Below are positions 56,520 to 64,000 of a stretch of 64,000 bases of DNA, in pieces. Location of the stretch: assembly GCA_951406725.2 (NCBI GenBank), contig OX597833.1, positions 51,708,001 to 51,772,000 of the forward strand. The letters run 5' to 3'. The notes below the pieces were generated by a model. It made no database searches and had not been told where the DNA came from. It was given only the letters and a program-made list of their open reading frames with translations. The DNA comes from Octopus vulgaris. Lineage: Eukaryota. The number at the start of each line of letters is the position of its first letter. Position 1 is the first letter of the stretch. Made by a program: the position numbers and the translations under genes.

Positions 56520-56920
56520 TTACGGGGAAGTTACTGTGGCCGTTAGGCTTGAGAGAAAAATAAATAAATACAGGGGCTGACTGGCCGCAATATGTTTCTG
56601 CCGGTCGCCGTCGACGCCTAAGGTATTCTTAAAACCCTTGTTGACAACTTCTTCCACAAAAAATGGAATAAGGATAACCACCCCACTCCGTCTGAGAAAG
56701 GAGTGGCTGCTATAGCGAGTGTCGATGACCATTCTCTACGGCAACGCTATCACCGTCATGACCGCAGGACACATCGGACCATACCATTTCTTAAGGGGTC
56801 ATTGATCCATTGTTCCTTCCCTACCCATTCTGCTGCTTAATTCGCCCTACCTTATTTTTTTTCCTGTGTTTTTTTTTGGTTTCCTTTTAATTAAATTGTA
56901 AATCAATAAAGTTTATTTAT
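56520..56920 (+). mobile_element. Possible L1/Tx1-type LINE 3' end
   Basis: GC-richer decayed coding-like block (..NFFHKKW..), pyrimidine-rich 3' region, AATAAA at ~56905. Confidence 0.3.
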
Positions 56921-57114
56921 CAATATAGAAGGGAAACTTAAGGCGGCGAGCTGGCAGAATCGCTACTACACCGAACAAAATGCTTAGCGGCACGTCGTTC
57001 GTCTTAACTGTCTGAATTCAAACTCACGTAATGCAAAACACACATTATTGTTGATACACACACTCGTATGTATGTATGTGTGTATGTATAAACTTATCTA
57101 TGAATGTGTGTATA

Positions 57115-57179
<65 letters not shown>

Positions 57180-57184
<5 letters not shown>

Positions 57185-57430
57185 GAAATTCAATGAAAAA
57201 CTAAAGATGAATACAGGTGTATGATCAACAAGTAGGAGTATTAGTTTGACGCTTGGGAACATGAGAAAGTCTTTTACGTTTCGAGCCTACGCTCTTCAAC
57301 TGAAAGGAATAAGAGGAAATAACAGAGAGAGAATATAAAAACTTGTGGATTAGTGATCAAGCATGGCGGTTTGTTGGGAAAAAAATGGTTTGACAGGAAA
57401 GGTAGAAAGAAGGGGAGATAATAAAAACAC
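57180..57430 (-). mobile_element. PLE-like element related to family X with decayed hammerhead (57271-57306)
   Basis: CUUU-CAGUUGA-A-GAGC(GUAG)GCUC-GAAA-CG-UA-AAAG. Confidence 0.65.
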
Positions 57431-57458
57431 GCACACACACACACACACATACACGTAC

Positions 57459-57503
<45 letters not shown>

Positions 57504-57510
57504 CAGAGAT

Positions 57511-57543
<33 letters not shown>

Positions 57544-58160
57544 GAGAAAGAGAGAGTAGGTGGAGACAGAAAGGGAGACAAAGAGAGAAACATTCAGATG
57601 ACAAAGCATTAAGTTACTTCTTTATGAAATTAACTACAAAAGAACTACCCTACATCTCAAAATCGTGCATTCCTCTATCACAGAATAAAGAACAAGGATT
57701 TGATTCTTTCTTTTTGTATCATGATATGTATCTTTGACATTTCCAATTCCTCAGAAATTCTTTGATTGCCGAAATGTTTGCACTTTACTTCATTTTATGT
57801 CCTTTATACAAGTAGTGTTTGTGTATCTAGCACAACGACGCCCTCGTTCTGACATAGTTAGTCTTAACTGAGACGTTTGCCACTTAAACCCAATTCAAAG
57901 GCCCGCGGCGAAGCGTTTGTGTTATTGCTGTGGTGGTGGGGTTAGAAGTTCTGTAAGTACTCTTTCACCAGCCTAGGGGCAGAAGTTACCCCCAAGTTGA
58001 TGATCAGATATCATGTTAACAGAGGACTTATCCGAGATTTTGCTGATAAATATTCGGATAAAGGCAATAAGTCATTGGTATCAGCTTTCGAAGATCGTCT
58101 TTCGATTTCTTTTTTGATTAAAAAACCAAACAGGAAATTCGCACAAATATTTATTTATTT

Positions 58161-58610
58161 CAGGTGTAGCTGTGTGGTAAGATATTTGCTTCACAACCAC
58201 ATTGTTCTGGGTTCAGTTCCACTGTGTGATACATTAAGCAAGTGTCTGCTGTTATAACCGCGTATTAACCAAAGCCTTAAGAGTGGTTTTGGTCGACGGA
58301 AACTGAAAGAAGCACCTTGTATATATGTATATATCTATGCGCGTGTGTATTTTTGGTCTTTGAGTTTGTCCTCTACCACCGCTTGACAACCAGTGCTGCA
58401 GTGTTTATGTCCTCTAACTTAGTGGTTTTACAACTGGTGTAGGTGTTTGACTTTATGTCCCATTACATTAGAAGTTCAGCCAAAAGTACCGATAGAGTGA
58501 TTACCAGGCTTAGAAAAACAGTATTGGGATCGATTCATTCGATTAAAATGCCTTAAGGTTGTGCCCCAGCATGGCCGCAATTTGGTGATTGAAACAAGTA
58601 AAAGATTAAA
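58161..58610 (+). mobile_element. SINE family B, degenerate
   Basis: Head, body and tail recognisable. Confidence 0.8.
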
Positions 58611-59005
58611 AAATACCAAAATTTATATATTAGTTTTCTTTCTGATTACTCGCGAGAAACTTAAAATAAAACTTCATAACAATGAAAACAAAACGGAAAT
58701 GGAAATAACCTTTCCTTGGGTTATTTTGCGTGTAGATCACGAATACAACATCCCTTTCTTTCTGTGGCCCTCCGGTTTCTCGTAAATTACCATCTTACTT
58801 ATGTTAAATACACTGATGGTTCCGTAGGAATTGAGTGCAAACAGGATTGAACCGAAATTGATAGCTTTAAAAGTTAGGAACGGATTTTGAAATAATTTTA
58901 AAGGAGTATTCCTAAGGTATTTGTCCACCTAACCTATGAAACTTATAAAGGTACACTCAATATTTTTATAGTTATATGGGTTCAAATCTGTGGTGTATCT
59001 GACAA

Positions 59006-59710
59006 GACACCACACCTCATCGCCCAACCTGAATTCAATGATCTAGTTCGTGATCTAACACTTACTAAGCAACAGAGTGAAGTCCTGGTCTTACGTCTGG
59101 AACAATGGAACCTGTTGGATAAAGATGCTCGAATTACAATATTTAGGAAGCGGTCTGCAGATCTACAGCAATTCTTCGCTTTGGAAAACAACTTGACTTA
59201 TTGTAATGATATCAGAGACCTATTCAATGCTCTTGAGCTGACCTATGAACCAAATGAGTGGAGGTTATTCATAGATGCATTCCTTTACAGCACAAAAATT
59301 GTTCTGTTACTCATTGGGAACACCATGCCTTCAGTTCCAATTGTTCACCCATATTAAGACAGACAGATAAGAACCTTGCTTTTATTCTAGACCGCATAAA
59401 TTACAAGAAGCATGAGAGGCTAATTTGTGCGGACTTGAAGTAGTAGCCCTATTTAATGGGCTAGAAACTGGATACACCACGTTTATGTGCCTCCTTTCAA
59501 AGTGGGAGAGTATGGCCAGATCAGAACATTATATACGCTCAGAATGGTCACCTCGGGAAGCTATGACGCCTGGATGCCATAATGTAGATCATGAGCCACT
59601 GGTTAAGAAGGAAAAAATGATTTTGTCACCACTGTATATAAAACTATGTCTAATGAAGCAATTTACCAAAGTATTGCCGCATAAGAAGCCATGTTTCCAG
59701 TATCTCAAGG
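59006..59710 (+). mobile_element. Transposase pseudogene, probably Chapaev3 (CMC superfamily)
   Basis: PHLIAQPEFNDLVRDLTLTKQQSEVL..RLEQWNLL, EWRLFID..., ICADLKVVA, GYT.F.C...[25 protein letters not shown] spread over three frames. Confidence 0.8.
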
Positions 59711-59838
59711 CGATCGGAAGAATTGTATGATGATAGATTGTATGATGGAGGATTGGCTTAAAGCGATTTTGGTCAAGATGGAAAAGAATGGTGCAAGAAA
59801 GAAAGAATTGGAAATGCATTGTGACCAGTTTTAGTGTG

Positions 59839-59907
<69 letters not shown>

Positions 59908-59913
59908 ATATAT

Positions 59914-59968
<55 letters not shown>

Positions 59969-59973
59969 TAGGA

Positions 59974-60023
<50 letters not shown>

Positions 60024-60030
60024 ATATATA

Positions 60031-60199
60031 AAAAACAATTATACTTGACAACATGTATTTAGTACATTTTCTGTCGTTATCCTATTGGATATCTATATAT
60101 ATATTATATATACACACATATATATATATATATATAGATATCCAATAGGATAACGACAGAAAATGTACTAAATACATGTTGTCAATTATAATTGTTTTT
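60031..60199. repeat. ~70-bp inverted repeat with TA-rich spacer
   Basis: TTGACAACATGTATTTAGTACATTTTCTGTCGTTATCCTATTGGATATCTATATA and its exact reverse complement at ~60131-60185. Confidence 0.9.
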
Positions 60200-60319
60200 T
60201 AATTTATAATTTATACGGTTAATATCATCTGAGTTGCTACCAACAGTTTCAGCGTTCCCCAGCACTTACTTCAAACAAAATATCTGTGCAAGTGTGTTTC
60301 TCATATATATATGTATATA

Positions 60320-60449
<130 letters not shown>

Positions 60450-60934
60450 TATTTGCATACAGATGCATATCGGTCGTTTTATTGTAACGTCAGTAAACAA
60501 CGTTTTGCAACTATAGCAATATATATATATATTTCCTTACACACATCACAGAACGAGATTCTATCTAATTAATAATTATAGTTAATTAACAAATTAGCTT
60601 TCAGACAGCAGTGTTATACACATCCGACTCCTGCATCAAAATGTGTTTCTTATGTTCTATATTTTGTTTCTTCGTTTTTTTTTTTTTTCATTGCTTCTAC
60701 ACTTTCATCATCTCATTCGTAATAATAATCCGTTCACCTTTCCTGTTTCTCTTCGCCCCTCTATTTCTAACACGCTTTCATCTTTCCTCTCCAATTGGTT
60801 TTTATAAATCTTCTACATTATCAGAGAAGAATATTCTGTCTTTCTCTGTCTCTGTCTTTGTCTGCCTTTCCGTCTGTCTGTCTGCCTGTCTCTCTCTCTC
60901 TGTCTATCTATGTCTGTCTCTCTCGCTGTCAGTG

Positions 60935-60982
<48 letters not shown>

Positions 60983-60994
60983 ATATATATATAC

Positions 60995-61027
<33 letters not shown>

Positions 61028-61093
61028 TAGTATAGATACAAATATAGATATACAGAGAGAGAAAGAGAGACAAAGACAGGGAGTTAGATAAAG

Positions 61094-61210
<117 letters not shown>

Positions 61211-61274
61211 TATATACATATATATTTGTATATGTATTTATACATCTATTTGTATGTGTAATATATATGTGTAT

Positions 61275-61329
<55 letters not shown>

Positions 61330-61834
61330 ATACCGCTCTTTCCCATTACTGCTTTCTCTTTCTCTCTCTCTCTCAATCTCTCTCTACCTTCCCCCACTCT
61401 CTCTCTCTCTCTCTCTTACTTAATCTCTTAAAATTTCCAACGTCTCTTGCTAGCCTTCTACGTTCGATTGTTTACTTATCTTTCATCTTCGTCGGCCATG
61501 TTGTACCGCCACATCTGCCAGAATTAATTCCACACACACACTCTCACACACACATACTCTCTCGCAGATGAGAAAAAGATGCACACAACGAATTAACACA
61601 CACACACACACACACACTCACACACACACAGACATACACACAATTGCAGATACGATTATTACCCGCAATCACACTTCCGCATCTACATTCATAGGCACAC
61701 CTCATATCTATTAACATACTTTATTTATAAAAACACATACTGACACACTCACTAACATATCCACACACTCAGACATACACATACACACATACATACACAC
61801 ACAGACACACACACACATACACATATATATTCTT

Positions 61835-62000
61835 TTCTTTTATTCTTTTATATGTTCCAGTCATTTGACTGCGGCCATGCCAAATACTTATTTTATCGGG
61901 TCTTTTGCTGAACCACTAAGTTACGGGGGCCCTAAACACACCAACATCGGCTGTGACGCGATGGTGGAGAACAAACATAGACACAATGACACACACACAT
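61835..62000 (-). mobile_element. SINE family B 3' part
   Basis: Reverse complement of tail with internal deletion. Confidence 0.75.
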
Positions 62001-62047
62001 AAATATATACATACATATATATAAATATGTGTGTGTATGTGTGTATA

Positions 62048-62215
62048 CAGGGGTTGGACAAAATAACTGAAAGAGTAGAAATTTAACTCCAATATTTCAA
62101 TAAGCCACTATATTACGAATATCCATGCAAATTTCATTGTGACTGTTTGCTTCTTATTGTAGATAGTTATATTTATATAAATAAATGATTAGTTCTATCT
62201 CTTATTCAGATCGTA
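62048..62215 (+). mobile_element. Possible Tc1-like terminal fragment
   Basis: TA-CAGGGGTTGGACAAAATAA start; partner TIR not found. Confidence 0.4.
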
Positions 62216-62348
62216 GTATAAATCAAGCTAAGATGTGGAGTGGCTTGCTTACCAACTATATGATCCGGGGTTCAGTCCCACTGCGTGGCACCTTGGGCTG
62301 ATGTCTTCTATAGTTAGTTTAGCTATGACTTAACCATCCTCTCACACC

Positions 62349-62400
62349 GTCTCCGATGAAGGGACATGATTAATAAATATCCTGGAAACAGCTGTAAGAC
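62349..62400 (+). ncRNA. Minimal hammerhead motif, U4C variant
   Basis: GUCU-CCGAUGA-AGGGA...UCCUG-GAAA-CAGCUG-UA-AGAC; stem I GUCU/AGAC, palindromic stem III ACAGCUGU. Confidence 0.7.
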
Positions 62401-62608
62401 CTTTTATCTATAAATGTTCTGATATCTACACAGCCTTAGTTTTTTTATTTCATTACGCAAAAAATTCTTATATACACACGCTGACATAGAACCAACGTTG
62501 AACCCCTTATTCGCAAAATTACCGAACCTGGAACTTAATTTTGGTCTGTCTATAGCACTTATTCAGCATTAACTGACAGCTTTGGGTCTCAATGACGCCA
62601 GTACCTCT

Positions 62609-62641
<33 letters not shown>

Positions 62642-62661
62642 ACTCGCTAAGAATGTTTTGA

Positions 62662-62713
62662 AACCACCTGAGGAATGTCTAAGATGTGCTGACACGAAAC
62701 GATCGTAGTGGTT
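62662..62713 (+). ncRNA. Minimal type-I hammerhead ribozyme, intact core
   Basis: AACCAC-CUGAGGA-AUGUC(11 nt)GACAC-GAAA-CGAUCG-UA-GUGGUU; 6-bp stem I, palindromic stem III. Confidence 0.85.
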
Positions 62714-62808
62714 ATTCATTGTTAAATTTTAATATATATAAATTATTTTATGTATTGGCTTAAGTCTTTCTTTGTTTGATTTGCATAATAGTGGTTTTGT
62801 CTCTAATT

Positions 62809-62854
<46 letters not shown>

Positions 62855-62887
62855 GTATATATATATACATACATACATACATACATA

Positions 62888-63260
62888 CATACGACGGTCT
62901 TCTTTCAGTTTTCCAAATCCACTTTCAACGCTTTGGCCGGCCTGAGGCTGTAGTAGAAGACACCTGCTCAAGGTACCATGCAGTGGGACTGAACCCGGAA
63001 CCATGTAGTTGGTAAGCAAGCTACTTACCACACAGCCACTCTTGCGCCTACGAGTCTGTTAAATATATGTCTTTTTAAGTTTTACTTCTTTCAGTCATTG
63101 AACTGCGCCCATGCTGGGTCACTGCCTCGGAGTTTCAGCCGAACAAATTGCGTTTATTCCCACGGTTTCTTTTACAACAGTCCTAAGTTATGGGGACATA
63201 AGGAAACTAACACCGGCTGTCAAGCTGAGGTCGGGGCGCGGGAAACAGAAAATCACACAC
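62888..63260 (-). mobile_element. SINE family B 5' half (62888-63049) and adjacent degenerate 3' half (63075-63260)
   Basis: Reverse complement of consensus blocks. Confidence 0.8.
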
Positions 63261-63282
63261 ACACACATATATGTATATCCAT

Positions 63283-63347
<65 letters not shown>

Positions 63348-63357
63348 GCATATGTAT

Positions 63358-63402
<45 letters not shown>

Positions 63403-63403
63403 C

Positions 63404-63487
<84 letters not shown>

Positions 63488-63829
63488 GGATAGGTTTCGT
63501 ATACTCTATACACCATACAACCATACGCATCCATACTAGATACACATACATACATTCATTCATTGCTATGAATATTCATTAACTGGTTCCTCTTTCCTTC
63601 ATACATCAAAACGTTCTGAAAACAAAATCAGGTGAGGTGGGTTCTATTTTGCAACATGGCTGATTGACGGCAAATCTGTGAAGTACATTATGTCTTCCCT
63701 CACGCCTAATTTTACCGCCACCGTCACCAATCAGCGGCCATATTTTTTCTTTATTTTATACTCTTTTCTACATTCTTCCTTTCTTCTGCTCTCCACCCTG
63801 CCATTGCCTGCTTTCAACGAACAAGCACA

Positions 63830-63883
<54 letters not shown>

Positions 63884-64000
63884 CGCATATACATTCACAC
63901 AAGAGAACATTCACAGATAAATCATTTCACTCTCTGTTTCTAATTACGGCTTTCTCACCCGCAGTCTCTCTCCCTTTCTCCTTCACACCCACCTCTCTCT

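Noticed and set aside
59708-59840. Possible RTE LINE 3' end
   Set aside because: Only vague D....W..AQ.R..W-like resemblance; too decayed to call.

Overview
Eukaryotic, AT-rich, extremely microsatellite-dense non-coding DNA: (TA)n, (CA)n, (TAGA)n, (TACA)n, (TAA)n, (GAT)n. The repeat families look like those of a coleoid cephalopod (Octopus); this is an inference from recalled repeat sequences, not a database hit. No intact protein-coding gene is supportable, and nearly all ORF-track entries are microsatellite translations. The window holds about 40 copies or fragments of four tRNA-derived SINE families. It also holds decayed DNA transposons (DD41D Tc1/mariner, mariner, hAT Buster/GTF2IRD2-like, Chapaev3-like, Tigger and mariner MITEs), R4/Dong-type LINE remnants, one intact initiator tRNA-Met gene, a tRNA-Asn pseudogene and a 5' U2 snRNA fragment. 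The main hidden signal is a set of more than 14 minimal type-I hammerhead ribozyme (HHR) motifs in short Penelope-like (PLE) terminal-repeat elements. These include a family with a compensatory U3-A8 core, recurrent U4C core variants, and a tRNA-headed (Pol III) element that carries a hammerhead. A compact locus at 45.8-47.8 kb has ~90-bp inverted repeats resembling a promoter/first exon. They enclose the tRNA-iMet gene and a Tigger MITE split by a tRNA-Asn-SINE chimera. Repeat boundaries were estimated by eye and may be off by a few to tens of bases.
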